DNA from: Alphaproteobacteria bacterium
GTDB lineage: Bacteria; Pseudomonadota; Alphaproteobacteria; Bin95
DNA: 64,000 nt
Direction: 5' to 3'
NCBI GenBank assembly: GCA_965205265.1
Contig: CBDBGH010000003.1
Span: 1,344,001-1,408,000 of the forward strand
Shown: one piece after another, positions 1 to 9,361 of the stretch
How the letters are laid out: every line of letters starts with the position of its first letter
How positions within the stretch are numbered: position 1 is the stretch's first letter
The notes under the pieces: model-generated
The model's input: only the letters and a program-made list of their open reading frames with translations
Told to the model about the DNA's origin: nothing
The model's database searches: none
Translations under genes and position numbers: made by a program

Positions 1-1335
1 TTTGTCGGGCAGGCGGGCACCACGGCTGTCGGGCTCGGCATGCCGAACCTGCCGCTGGCGCCGGTCGCCGGCCATGTCGATACGCAGACCGACAACGAGC
101 TCCGCTCAAACGTGCTGGGCGAGACGCTGGACGCCGTGATCGCGAACCTGACGGAGCCGCCGGACGAGGCCGTCGAGACGGTCGAGCCCGAGCCGCGCGA
201 CATCGTGTTCGAGGGCAGCTTCGAGGAGGTGAACCGCCTCTTCTACGAGAACCGCTGGTCCGACGGGCTGCCGGTGGTGCCGCCTTCGGTGGAGAAGATC
301 GAGCGCTTCCTCGCCTTCTGCGACCGGCCCGCGGACGCCGTGCTCGGCAAGCTCCCGCCCGACAACCGGGCGGCGACGGTCTGGAATGTGGCCGCGAACG
401 GCGTCATGGCCGGCTGCCGGCCGGAATACATGCCGGTGCTGGTGGCGCTCGCCGAGGCGATGGCGAACCCGGAATACGGCGTCGAGCATTCCGGCAACAC
501 GCCGGGCGCGGAGACGCTGATTACCGTCAACGGCCCCATCGCGAAGGCGCTCGGCTTCAACTATGAGCAGGGTGCGCTCAGGGACGGCTTCCAGGCCAAC
601 ACCTCGGTCGGGCGCTTCTGGCGGCTCTATCTGCGCAATGTCGCAGGCTTCATCCCGCACGAAACCGACAAGGGCACTTTCGGCAACACCTGGCGGGTGG
701 CGCTGGCCGAGAACGAGGATGTGCTGAAGCGGATCGGCTGGCCCAACACGGCGACCGATATGGGCCTGCCGGAAGGCGCCAACGCCGTCACCGTCTCCCG
801 CTATACCGGCGGCGACGTGGTGACCTCCGTTTTCGGGCGCCGGGCGGAGGAGATGCTGCCCTATCTGGCGGACGCGCTGGTCAAGCAGTCCGGCTGGGAG
901 CTTGTGTTCACCGTCGGCATGGCGACCGGCACCTACCGCCCGCTGCTGGTGCTCTCGCCGATCCTGGCTGAGACCATCGCCGGTTCGGGGCTCTCCAAGG
1001 ACGACATGCGGGACTGGCTCTACGAGCATGCGCGGATGCCGGCCCGGAAGTTCGAGCGATATATCTCGGGCTGGACCAACCTGGTGCCGGGCCACCGCTC
1101 GCTGACGGAACTCGTGGCGCTCGGCAAGGCGCCCGAGGTCTTCGCCGAGTCCGACGATCCGGACCGCATGGTGCCCATCGTCTGCGAGCCGGAGGATTTC
1201 GGCATTGCGGTCGCGGGCGACCCGCTGCGCACCAACGCCTATGTGTTCGCGCATAACGGCATACTCGGCTTCCCGGTGACCCGCGAGATCGAGCTGCCGG
1301 CGGACTGGCAGGCCCAGCTGGCGGCAGCTGGTTAA
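1..1335 (+). CDS. 5'-truncated UGSC-type domain + 'WSDGLP' domain fusion protein (function unknown)
   Basis: Frame is open from base 1 (FVGQAGTTAVGLGMPNLPLAPVAGH..., which resembles the C-terminal half of the UGSC domain at 58.8 kb, FFALGKAEAECLGMAGLPIAVVPHP). It is followed by RWSDGLPVVPPS, AANGVMAGCRPEY and ANTSVGR, shared with three other ORFs in the window. The start lies outside the window. Confidence 0.8.
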   Translation, partial: FVGQAGTTAVGLGMPNLPLAPVAGHVDTQTDNELRSNVLGETLDAVIANLTEPPDEAVETVEPEPRDIVFEGSFEEVNRLFYENRWSDGLPVVPPSVEKIERFLAFCDRPADAVLGKLPPDNRAATVWNVAANGVMAGCRPEYMPVLVALAEAMANPEYGVEHSGNTPGAETLITVNGPIAKALGFNYEQGALRDGFQANTSVGRFWRLYLRNVAGFIPHETDKGTFGNTWRVALAENEDVLKRIGWPNTATDMGLPEGANAVTVSRYTGGDVVTSVFGRRAEEMLPYLADALVKQSGWELVFTVGMATGTYRPLLVLSPILAETIAGSGLSKDDMRDWLYEHARMPARKFERYISGWTNLVPGHRSLTELVALGKAPEVFAESDDPDRMVPIVCEPEDFGIAVAGDPLRTNAYVFAHNGILGFPVTREIELPADWQAQLAAAG

Positions 1336-1356
1336 CTGAGGAAAGAAGGCAGGCCG

Positions 1357-1641
1357 ATGCAGGTCTCTGTCACCGAGGCAAGGAAGCATCTGGCTGCACT
1401 TATGCGCCGTGCAGAGGCAGGCGAAGAGGTTGTGCTGACCCGCAATGGCCGGGCGACCGTCAGGCTGGTGCCCGTGCCGCAGCAGCCCAAAGCCGAGATG
1501 CGTCGCGCTGCGATTGCCGATGCACAGGCCGCCGTTCGCAAGCGACTTGCCGAACTCGGTGAGGCAGGTGACCGGACGGCTGGCCCGAGCGCGGCCCGCA
1601 GCCAGGACTTCCTTTATGACGACGATGGTTTGCCGGCTTGA
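1357..1641 (+). CDS. Phd/YefM-family antitoxin (orphan)
   Basis: N-terminus MQVSVTEARKHLAALMRRAEAGEEVVLTRNGRATVRLVP is a typical Phd/YefM signature. Confidence 0.85.
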   Translation: MQVSVTEARKHLAALMRRAEAGEEVVLTRNGRATVRLVPVPQQPKAEMRRAAIADAQAAVRKRLAELGEAGDRTAGPSAARSQDFLYDDDGLPA

Positions 1642-1673
1642 AGCTGACGCTGTCGCCACTGGCGAGCGTGTGA
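1638..1673 (+). pseudogene. possible 5' remnant of a RelE/ParE-like toxin truncated by a MITE
   Basis: TTG overlaps the antitoxin TGA (TTGA). It reads MKLTLSPLA and then runs into the MITE terminal repeat, which supplies the stop. Confidence 0.35.
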
Positions 1674-1935
1674 AGAAATCGGATTTGTCGGGTTTTACGC
1701 CGCCCGTCCGGCGGGAAACAGCCCTTGGTGTGCCCCAAACCGTCACCCCGGACTTGATCCGGGGTCCATCCCTGACCGGTTGCGCCAGCCGCAGCCGTTC
1801 GAGAGGAAACCGAACCGTCTGCGCCCGCCGAGAGAACCGGAGATGGACCCCGGATCAAGTCCGGGGTGACGATGTTTATCTGTCCTCGTCCCCTTTCGAT
1901 ACGGCCGACTGCCGCTCCGATTTCTTCACACGCTC
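1664..1935. mobile_element. MITE-like element with 20-bp perfect terminal inverted repeats
   Basis: GAGCGTGTGAAGAAATCGGA at 1664-1683 and its exact reverse complement at 1916-1935; no transposase; no clear target duplication. Confidence 0.8.
1741..1871. repeat. CGTC-tagged REP inverted dimer nested in the MITE
   Basis: CGTCACCCCGGACTTGATCCGGGGTCCATC (1741-1770) and its perfect reverse complement (1842-1871). Confidence 0.9.
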
Positions 1936-1953
1936 AAGCGCGGAAACGACGAC

Positions 1954-3099
1954 ATGAGCAGAGCAACACTCTGGTTGCTGATTCCGGCGGGCCAGCGGGC
2001 GAACGGGGCGTGGATCGACGACACGCTCGTCCGCCGGGCGCGCGAGAAGGGCATGACCGCCCGGCTGACGGAGGCCGGGCGCTTTCCCCGGCAGCGTGTG
2101 GAGGTGCTGCGGGACGGGGACGCCGGCGCGCTCTACTACCGGCGGGGCTGGACCGACGGCCTGCCCATCCTGCCGCCGACGCTCGACCGGGTGGACGCCA
2201 TGCTGCGCGGGTCGGCGCGCGGGCGGAACGAGAGCCTGGGCGAACTCGACCCGCTGAAAGGCGTGGCGACGGTTGAGCGCGTGGCCGCCAACGCCGTCAT
2301 GGCGGGCTGCGCGCCGGAGCATTTCCCGGTCGTCCTTGCCGCCGTCGAGGCGCTGGCCGACCCCGCCTTCAACCTGCGCGGCGTGCAGACCACGGACGAG
2401 AATGTGGCGCCGCTCATCCTGCTGAGCGGGTCTGTGGTCGAGCGGCTGGAGGTGAATGCCGGCTTCGGCATGCTGGGGCCGGGCTGGCAGGCCAATGCCG
2501 CCATCGGCCGGGCGGTCCGGTTCGTCATGAACAATATCGGCGGCGGCTGGCCGGAGGCCGTTTCCTTCGCCGGGCTCGGCCAGCCGGGCCGCTACACCCT
2601 TGTGCTGGCGGAGAACGCCGCCGCCAACCCCTGGGAGCCGCTGCACGAGGAGCTGGGCGGCGAGAACGTGCTGGCGCTCATGCGGGCGGAGACCGCCATC
2701 AATGTGACCGGCGGGCTGGACGACCTTGCGAGCGTAATGGGTTCCGCCGCCTCGACCTTCAACATGGCCTGGGAAGGCAAGGCGGCGGTTGTGATAGCGC
2801 CCTTCGTGGCGCAGGAACTGGCGGGGCAGGGCTGGTCCAAGGCCGATGTGAAAGAAGCGCTCTGGCGGCGGGGGCGGATGCCGCGCGCCGAATTCGAGAA
2901 GCTCTGGCTGCGCACCCGCCTCATCGGCGGCGAACGCTGGCCGGAATGGACGGAGGGAGAAGCCGCCGTGCCGGCCGTCGCGCGGCCGGAGGACATCGTG
3001 CTGATCGTGGCCGGCGGCGACATCCCGATCCCGCAATGCGCCTGGTTCCCGTCCTGGGGCTTCCCGCCCTGCTGCATCGTGAAGGAGATCGCCGCGTGA
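1954..3099 (+). CDS. 'WTDGLP' domain protein, paralogue 2 (function unknown)
   Basis: GWTDGLPILPPT, VAANAVMAGCAPEHFP, ANAAIGRAVR, DIVLIVAGG motifs; Cys-rich C-terminus (PQCAW...PPCC). Confidence 0.85.
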   Translation: MSRATLWLLIPAGQRANGAWIDDTLVRRAREKGMTARLTEAGRFPRQRVEVLRDGDAGALYYRRGWTDGLPILPPTLDRVDAMLRGSARGRNESLGELDPLKGVATVERVAANAVMAGCAPEHFPVVLAAVEALADPAFNLRGVQTTDENVAPLILLSGSVVERLEVNAGFGMLGPGWQANAAIGRAVRFVMNNIGGGWPEAVSFAGLGQPGRYTLVLAENAAANPWEPLHEELGGENVLALMRAETAINVTGGLDDLASVMGSAASTFNMAWEGKAAVVIAPFVAQELAGQGWSKADVKEALWRRGRMPRAEFEKLWLRTRLIGGERWPEWTEGEAAVPAVARPEDIVLIVAGGDIPIPQCAWFPSWGFPPCCIVKEIAA

Positions 3100-3917
3100 G
3101 GCCGCTCGACCTTGCAGTCGTCGGCGGCGGCGTGGCGGGGCTTGCGGCTGCCGACGAAGCGGTTTCTCTGGGGCTTGAGGTGGCGCTGTTCGAGTCGGGG
3201 CTCTATGGCGGCCTCGTCGCCAATGTGGGCGCGCTCGACGGTTGGCCCGCCATCGTTAGCGGCTCCGAGCTGGCCTATGGCTGGAAGGAGCGGCTGACGG
3301 AAACCGGCGTTCGCTTCCACGAGGAGCATGTCGAGGCCGTCCGCGTTCAGGGCCGCCGCCGGATCGTCGAGACGGACCGCAGCCGCTATCGGGCGAAAGC
3401 GGTCGTCGCGGCGACCGGCGCGAGGCTCCGCCGTCTGGACGTGCCGGGCGAGGAGGAACTGACCGGGCGCGGCGTGTCGCAATGCGCCTTCTGCGACGCC
3501 GGCTTCTTCAGGGATGCCGACGTGGCCGTGGTGGGCGGCGGCGATGCGGCCTTGCAGGAAGCGCTGCACCTCGCCGGCTATGTGCGCTCTGTGTCGATGA
3601 TCGTGCGCGGCGGGCGGCTGAGGGCCCGGCCGGGCTACGGGGCGCGGGCGGCGGCCGACCCGAAGTTCCGCTTCCACTGGAACAGCGAGGTCGCCTCCAT
3701 CGACGGGGAAAGCGGCGTCGAGGGCGTGACGCTCGCAGACGGGCGGCGGCTGGAGGTCTCGGGCGTGTTCGTCTTCATCGGCCTTGAGCCGGTAACGGCG
3801 CTGGCGGGGGAGGGCGCTTTCGCCGCCGGCGCCGTTCGCACGGGCGGTTCGCTCGCCGAGGCCGTGGCCGACGGGCAGCGCGCCGCTAGGGAGGCCGCCG
3901 CGGCGCTCAGGCGATGA
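3096..3917 (+). CDS. thioredoxin reductase (TrxB)-like FAD/NAD(P)-dependent oxidoreductase
   Basis: GTG start overlaps the upstream TGA; VVGGGVAG FAD motif, ATGA, GRGVSQCAFCD (CxxC), VAVVGGGDAA NADPH motif, GVFVFIG; C-terminal region is shortened. Confidence 0.85.
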   Translation: MRPLDLAVVGGGVAGLAAADEAVSLGLEVALFESGLYGGLVANVGALDGWPAIVSGSELAYGWKERLTETGVRFHEEHVEAVRVQGRRRIVETDRSRYRAKAVVAATGARLRRLDVPGEEELTGRGVSQCAFCDAGFFRDADVAVVGGGDAALQEALHLAGYVRSVSMIVRGGRLRARPGYGARAAADPKFRFHWNSEVASIDGESGVEGVTLADGRRLEVSGVFVFIGLEPVTALAGEGAFAAGAVRTGGSLAEAVADGQRAAREAAAALRR

Positions 3918-4842
3918 GCGGGCGCACTTCCTCGGCGAAGCGGTGCAGGCCCTCGATGCGCATGGGCTGGTCGCCGATGAAGTCGAGGTTGAAGTGGCGC
4001 ACGCCGGCCTTGTGGAAGGCGGCGATCTTCTCGGCGATGTCGGCGGGCGTGCCGAGCGCGGCATAGCGTTCCGCCGGCCTGCGGAAGTCCATCGCATAGC
4101 GCTTCGACAGCAGCGCCGCCGCCCGGTCGAGCGCCTTCTCATAGGTCTCGTCGATGCAGCAGAAGAGCAGATGGGAGGTGCCGAAGGCTTCGATCTCGCG
4201 GCCAGCTTCCTCGGCCGCCGCGGCGATGGTGTCGAGCGCGCCTCCGAACATCTCCGGCGTGATGACATAGGACATGTAGCCGTCCGCCATGCGGCCCGCG
4301 CGCCGCAGAGCCGCCGGCTGGCGCCCGCCGCACCAGATCGGCGGTCCGCCGGAGGTGAAGGACGCCGGCTGCATATGCACTTCCGAAAAGGGGAAGAACC
4401 GGCCTTCATGCGAGACCGGCTCGCCGGTCCAGAGCTTCCGCAGCACCTCGATGGACTCGGTCATGCGCGCGCCGCGCTCGCTATGCGGTATGCCGGCAAG
4501 CTCCCATTCGGGCGGGAACTCGCCGCCGACGCCGATGCCGAAGATGAAGCGGCCTTCCGCCAGATGGTCCAGCGAGGCGGCCTGTTTCGCCACCCCCGCC
4601 GGATGGCGCATGGGCAGCAGATAGACGGCGGAGCCGACGGTAAGCCTGGAAGAAAGGGCGGCTGCATAGGAAAGCTGCACGAACGGGTCCAGGATCGGCG
4701 AGGTGAAGGCCAGATGGTCGCCAACCCAGATCGAATCGAACTCCAGCCGGTCCAGAAGCCCGACCGTCTTGCAGGCAAGCTCCGGCGTCGGCAGGCGGGT
4801 CATCAGGCCGAAGCGCGTCCGGTCGTCCAGCGGCAGGCTCAT
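3907..4842 (-). CDS. LLM-class flavin/F420-dependent oxidoreductase
   Basis: DSIWVGDH, HLAEGRFIFGIGVG, PPIWCGG, AGRMADG; ATG at 4842 follows AGGAAGG. Confidence 0.9.
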   Translation of the reverse strand: MSLPLDDRTRFGLMTRLPTPELACKTVGLLDRLEFDSIWVGDHLAFTSPILDPFVQLSYAAALSSRLTVGSAVYLLPMRHPAGVAKQAASLDHLAEGRFIFGIGVGGEFPPEWELAGIPHSERGARMTESIEVLRKLWTGEPVSHEGRFFPFSEVHMQPASFTSGGPPIWCGGRQPAALRRAGRMADGYMSYVITPEMFGGALDTIAAAAEEAGREIEAFGTSHLLFCCIDETYEKALDRAAALLSKRYAMDFRRPAERYAALGTPADIAEKIAAFHKAGVRHFNLDFIGDQPMRIEGLHRFAEEVRPLIA

Positions 4843-5005
4843 CGTCGGCATCCTTCCTGTTGCAGGGCCTCGCCACAAATAGCCGTTCGGGAAGCGGTTC
4901 GGCAGGGAAAATTGCGCTGGCTGCCGGTCGAGCGCCCCTTCGCATTGAAGCATGCGTAATGATGTGTATATTGCATACACATACGAGGAGACAGGAGCAG
5001 GCGCG

Positions 5006-5281
5006 GTGGCGAGGGTCCAGTTGCTCATCCCCGATGACGAGCGGGAGCGCTTCGCCGACCAGGCGCGCCGGGAGGGCATGACTTTCAGCGCATGGCTGAG
5101 GGCCGCCGCCCGCGCCCGGCTGGAGGACAGCCGAAAGACCCGCCGGTTCGCATCCGAGGAAGAGATGGAGGCGTTCTTCCGCGAGTGCGACCTCAACGAC
5201 GGTCCGGAAAGCGAGCCGGACTGGCATGAGCATCTGGCCGTCATAGCCGCTTCGAGAGCCGGCGGAGAGAGCGGAACCTGA
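5006..5281 (+). CDS. ribbon-helix-helix (VapB-like) antitoxin
   Basis: ARVQLLIPDDERERFADQARREGMTFSAWLRAAA; directly upstream of a PIN gene. Confidence 0.75.
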   Translation: MARVQLLIPDDERERFADQARREGMTFSAWLRAAARARLEDSRKTRRFASEEEMEAFFRECDLNDGPESEPDWHEHLAVIAASRAGGESGT

Positions 5282-5703
5282 TCTTCGTCGATACCAACGT
5301 CTTCATGTATGCGGTCGGGCGTCCCCACCCGCTGAAACCGGTTGCGCGAAGGTTCTTCATGGAAGCGCATCGCGACCGCGTGGCGTTGTGCGTCTCGGCG
5401 GAAGTCCTTCAGGAGCTTGCCCATGCCTATCTGCCCCGGGGACGGCGCGAGGCCTTCGACGCTGCCCTCGACCTTGCCTCGCGCGCGGATGTCGAGGTCT
5501 GGCCTCTGGAAGAAGCCGATATCGTGCTGGCCCGGCGCCTTCACGACGAGCATCCTGCCCTCCAGGCTAGGGACCTCTGCCATCTGGCCAGTTGCCGCAG
5601 GCGGGGCGTGCGGGACATTGCGACCTTCGACCGGGACCTTGCCGCCGCTGCCGGTTCCGCGCCTATTCCGGTGAGTGGCGGTCCGCGATTGGAACCTTCA
5701 TGA
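5278..5703 (+). CDS. vapC: PIN-domain (VapC) toxin, probable CTG start
   Basis: In-frame (L/M)IFVDTNVFMYAVG from 5278, plus SAEVLQEL, RDLCHLA and IATFDRDL. Confidence 0.85.
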   Translation: MIFVDTNVFMYAVGRPHPLKPVARRFFMEAHRDRVALCVSAEVLQELAHAYLPRGRREAFDAALDLASRADVEVWPLEEADIVLARRLHDEHPALQARDLCHLASCRRRGVRDIATFDRDLAAAAGSAPIPVSGGPRLEPS

Positions 5704-6644
5704 TCTACCTGCAGTTGCTCGGCGGCTTCGTGCTTCTTCTGGGCGGGGCGGAATTCCTGGTACGGGGCGCGGTGCAGCTTGCGGCGCGGCTCGGCGTTTC
5801 GCCGCTGATCGTCGGGCTCACCGTGGTGGCCTATTGCACCACCATGCCGGAGCTGTTCGTCAGCCTCGAGGCGGCGTTCCGGGGCGCGCCCGGCATCGCC
5901 ATCGGCAATATCGTCGGCAGCAATATCTGCAACCTGCTCCTGATCCTGGGCGCGGCGGCCTGCGTGTATCCGCTGGCGGTCGAGCCGCGCGAGGTCCGTT
6001 TCGAGGGCTGCGCGGTCATGGGCGTGACGCTGCTGTTCCTCGCGCTGGCATTGACCGGCAGCCTGAGCCTGTTCGACGGCGTGCTGCTGCTGGTCTGCCT
6101 CGCCGCCTTCACCGTGATCTCCTACCGGCGTGCCCGGAGCGGCCACGGCGCCCCCGAGGTGGAGGAAACCGCGACGGACAAGCCGCTCTGGATGGTGCTC
6201 GGCACGCTCGCCATCGGCCTCGGCTGCGTCATCGCAGGTTCGAACCTGCTGGTCGGGGGCGCCATCGGCCTTGCCCGCGTGATCGGCGTTTCGGAAGCCG
6301 TGATCGGCGTAACCGTGGTCGCCGTCGGCACCTCGCTGCCGGAACTCGCCACGGCGGTGGTCTCGGCCTATCGCCGCCATCCCGAGGTCGCTGTCGGCAA
6401 TGTGCTGGGGGCGAATATCTTCAACCTGCTGGCCATCGGCGGCGTGGTGGCGACCGTCCATCCGCTCGACATTCCGGGCCGTCTGCTGGACCTCGCCGTC
6501 TGGGTCATGCTGGCCGCAACGGTTGCGCTCGTCTCCTGGCTGATGTTCCGGGGGCGGTTCGGGCGTCCGGCGGGCCTGCTGTTCCTGGCGGTCTATGCCG
6601 CCTATGTTGTCGTCGAGTATGGACCGTCGGCCGGCGCGGGATAG
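5700..6644 (+). CDS. calcium/sodium (YrbG-like) antiporter
   Basis: Two alpha-repeats, [17 protein letters not shown]...[10 protein letters not shown] and [15 protein letters not shown]...[10 protein letters not shown]; hydrophobic. Confidence 0.9.
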   Translation: MIYLQLLGGFVLLLGGAEFLVRGAVQLAARLGVSPLIVGLTVVAYCTTMPELFVSLEAAFRGAPGIAIGNIVGSNICNLLLILGAAACVYPLAVEPREVRFEGCAVMGVTLLFLALALTGSLSLFDGVLLLVCLAAFTVISYRRARSGHGAPEVEETATDKPLWMVLGTLAIGLGCVIAGSNLLVGGAIGLARVIGVSEAVIGVTVVAVGTSLPELATAVVSAYRRHPEVAVGNVLGANIFNLLAIGGVVATVHPLDIPGRLLDLAVWVMLAATVALVSWLMFRGRFGRPAGLLFLAVYAAYVVVEYGPSAGAG

Positions 6645-6648
6645 GCGC

Positions 6649-8529
6649 ATGGCGGAAGAGCAGACCGAACTGGAGGCCCCGCAGCGGCTGGCCGGAGGCG
6701 TCGAGGCGATCCGCCGGCATCTGCGCGTCATGCCGCTCACGCCCGGCGTCTATCGGATGATCGACCGGCGCGGGCAGGTGCTCTATGTCGGCAAGGCCCG
6801 CTCTTTGCGCCGGCGGGTCACGGCCTATGTCCGGCCCGACAACCAGCCCTACCGCATCCGCCGCATGATCTCCGAGACCGCCTCCATGGAGGTGGTGACG
6901 ACCCACACCGAGGTCGAGGCGCTGCTGCTCGAAATCAACCTCATCAAGGAGTTGCGCCCCCGCTACAACGTGCTGCTGCGGGACGACAAGAGCTTCCCCC
7001 ACATCCTGATCGCGCGCGACCACGAATGGCCGCGCATCCTCAAGCATCGCGGCGCGCGCTCGCGGACGGGGGAGTATTTCGGCCCCTTCGCCTCCGCCGG
7101 CGCGGTCAACCGGACCCTGACCGCCCTCCAGCGCGCCTTCCTGCTGAGGTCCTGTTCCGACGCCGTGTTCCGCAGCCGCACCCGGCCCTGCCTGCTCTAC
7201 CAGATCAAGCGCTGCTCGGCGCCCTGCGTCGGCCGGGTGTCGCCGGAGGATTACGAGGCGGCCATAGGGGAAGCGCGCGCCTTCCTCTCCGGCCAGAGCC
7301 AGTCCGTCCAGCAGGCGTTTTCCGAGCGCATGCAGGCCGCGAGCGACGCGCTGGAATTCGAGACCGCCGCGCTCTACCGGGACCGCATCCGGGCGTTGAC
7401 GCGGGTGCAGGCGCATCAGGACATCAATGTGGACGGCGTCGGCGATGCCGACGTGATCGCCGCCCATTTCGAAGGCGGGCAGGCCTGCATCCAGGTGTTC
7501 TTCTTCCGCGCCGGGCAGAATTTCGGCAACCGCGCCTATTTCCCGGCCGGCAGCCGGCACTACGACCCGGCGCAGTTCATCGCGGCGTTCGTCGGGCAGT
7601 TCTACTCCAACAAGCCGCCGCCGCGCCGCATCCTGCTGAGCGCGCGCCCGGCCGAAGACGCGCTGCTGGCCGAGGCGCTGAGCCTCAAGGCCGGCCGCCG
7701 CGTCGATCTGCGCTGGCCGATGCGCGGCGCCAAGCGCAAGCTGGTCGAGCATGCGCTCGCCAACGCCCGCGACGCGCTCTCCCGCCGCTCGGCGGAGAAT
7801 GCGACCCAGCGCGAGCTGCTCGGGCGCGTGGCGGAGCTCTTCGACCTCGAAGGCCCGCCGGAGCGGATCGAGGTCTATGACAACAGCCATATCCAGGGCC
7901 GGAACGCCGTCGGCGGCATGATCGTCGCCGGGCCGGAAGGCCTGGTCCGCAACGCCTACCGCAAGTTCAACATCAAGGGCGACGCCGCGCCCGGCGACGA
8001 TTTCGCCATGATGCGCGAGGTGCTCCGCCGGCGGTTCTCGCGCGCGCTCAAGGAGGACCCGGAGCGCGCCGGCGGCTCATGGCCGGACCTCGTGCTGATC
8101 GACGGCGGCGCGGGCCAGCTTTCCTCAGCGCAGGGCGTGCTTGCAGAGCTCGGCATCGAGGACATGCCGCTCGCCGCCATCGCCAAGGGGCCGGAGCGCA
8201 ATGCCGGGCGCGAACGCTTCTTCACGACGGAGAAGCCGCCCTTCTCGCTGCCGGAGCACGACCCCGCGCTGCATTTCCTGCAACGCCTGCGCGACGAGGC
8301 GCACCGCTTCGCCATCGGCACCCACAGGGCGCGCCGCGCGAAGGCCGTGCGGCAATCGCCGCTGGACGAGGTGGCCGGCATCGGCGCGGCCCGCAAGCGC
8401 GCCCTGCTGCACCATTTCGGCTCCGCCCGCGGCGTGGAGGGCGCCGGCTTCGAGGACCTGCTGGCTGTCCCCGGCATCTCGAAAACGGTCGCAAAGCGCC
8501 TCTACGACCATTTCCACCCGGAGGGGTAG
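6649..8529 (+). CDS. uvrC: excinuclease ABC subunit C
   Basis: GIY-YIG (PGVYRM...LYVGKA), [38 protein letters not shown]-terminal HhH. Confidence 0.97.
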   Translation: MAEEQTELEAPQRLAGGVEAIRRHLRVMPLTPGVYRMIDRRGQVLYVGKARSLRRRVTAYVRPDNQPYRIRRMISETASMEVVTTHTEVEALLLEINLIKELRPRYNVLLRDDKSFPHILIARDHEWPRILKHRGARSRTGEYFGPFASAGAVNRTLTALQRAFLLRSCSDAVFRSRTRPCLLYQIKRCSAPCVGRVSPEDYEAAIGEARAFLSGQSQSVQQAFSERMQAASDALEFETAALYRDRIRALTRVQAHQDINVDGVGDADVIAAHFEGGQACIQVFFFRAGQNFGNRAYFPAGSRHYDPAQFIAAFVGQFYSNKPPPRRILLSARPAEDALLAEALSLKAGRRVDLRWPMRGAKRKLVEHALANARDALSRRSAENATQRELLGRVAELFDLEGPPERIEVYDNSHIQGRNAVGGMIVAGPEGLVRNAYRKFNIKGDAAPGDDFAMMREVLRRRFSRALKEDPERAGGSWPDLVLIDGGAGQLSSAQGVLAELGIEDMPLAAIAKGPERNAGRERFFTTEKPPFSLPEHDPALHFLQRLRDEAHRFAIGTHRARRAKAVRQSPLDEVAGIGAARKRALLHHFGSARGVEGAGFEDLLAVPGISKTVAKRLYDHFHPEG

Positions 8530-8539
8530 GGCTCCAGCC

Positions 8540-9271
8540 CTACCAGAGCGCCCGCGTAAGCTCGCTCAGCGACACCTTCTGCCGGCCGTCCGCGTCGAAA
8601 TTCTTCGGGGCGAACCATTGGGCGTGGGCTTTGCGGACGGCGGGCCATTCTTCGTCCGTCAGGGAGAACCAGGCGGTGTCGCGGCTCCGGCCCTTCACGA
8701 TCAGGTGGTTGAGGAAGAGGCCCTCATAGCGGAAGCCGAGGCGGAGCGCGGCCGAGCGCGAGCCGGCGTTCAGCGCGTTGCACTTCCATTCCAGCCGCCG
8801 GTAGCCGCGCGTCTCCAGCACATGGTGCATCATCATCGAGAGCACCTCGGTCGCGCGGATGTCGCGCTGCCAGGCGCGGCCGAACCAGATATTGCCGATC
8901 TCGCCCACCCCGGCAGCCTGCTTGATCTCCATGAAGCTGCCCATGCCGCCGGGAACGCCCGTCGCCCGGTCCCGATAGACCATGAAGAGCGGGTCCTTCG
9001 AGGCGGCGCAGCCGATGAGCCATTCATGCACGGCCGCCGCGCCGGCGAACGGGCCGTAGCCGAGATAGTCCCAGATGCGGTCCGGCTCCTCGCCCTCGAT
9101 CCCGGCAGTGTAGAGGCCGGCGGCGTCCCGGTCCGGGTCCACCGGCTCCACGACCGTTCTCCGGCCGGTGAGGACGCTGCCTTCGAAGCCTTCCCAATGG
9201 CGCTGCGCCACCTCTGCGTTGCCGATGGGCCGCCGCCCGGCTGCGCTCGCCCGTTCCCTCTCGCTTGCCAT
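8540..9271 (-). CDS. RimJ/RimL-type GNAT acetyltransferase
   Basis: GYRRLEWKCNALNAGSRSAALRLGFRYEG...KGRSRDTAWFS. Confidence 0.9.
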   Translation of the reverse strand: MASERERASAAGRRPIGNAEVAQRHWEGFEGSVLTGRRTVVEPVDPDRDAAGLYTAGIEGEEPDRIWDYLGYGPFAGAAAVHEWLIGCAASKDPLFMVYRDRATGVPGGMGSFMEIKQAAGVGEIGNIWFGRAWQRDIRATEVLSMMMHHVLETRGYRRLEWKCNALNAGSRSAALRLGFRYEGLFLNHLIVKGRSRDTAWFSLTDEEWPAVRKAHAQWFAPKNFDADGRQKVSLSELTRALW

Positions 9272-9361
9272 GTCCCCGTCTCTGTTCCGGATGGGCCAAG
9301 GATAGCGGGGAAGGCGGTTTGCCGCTAAGGTCTGCGGCGACGATTTCGGGGGAGAAACGCG

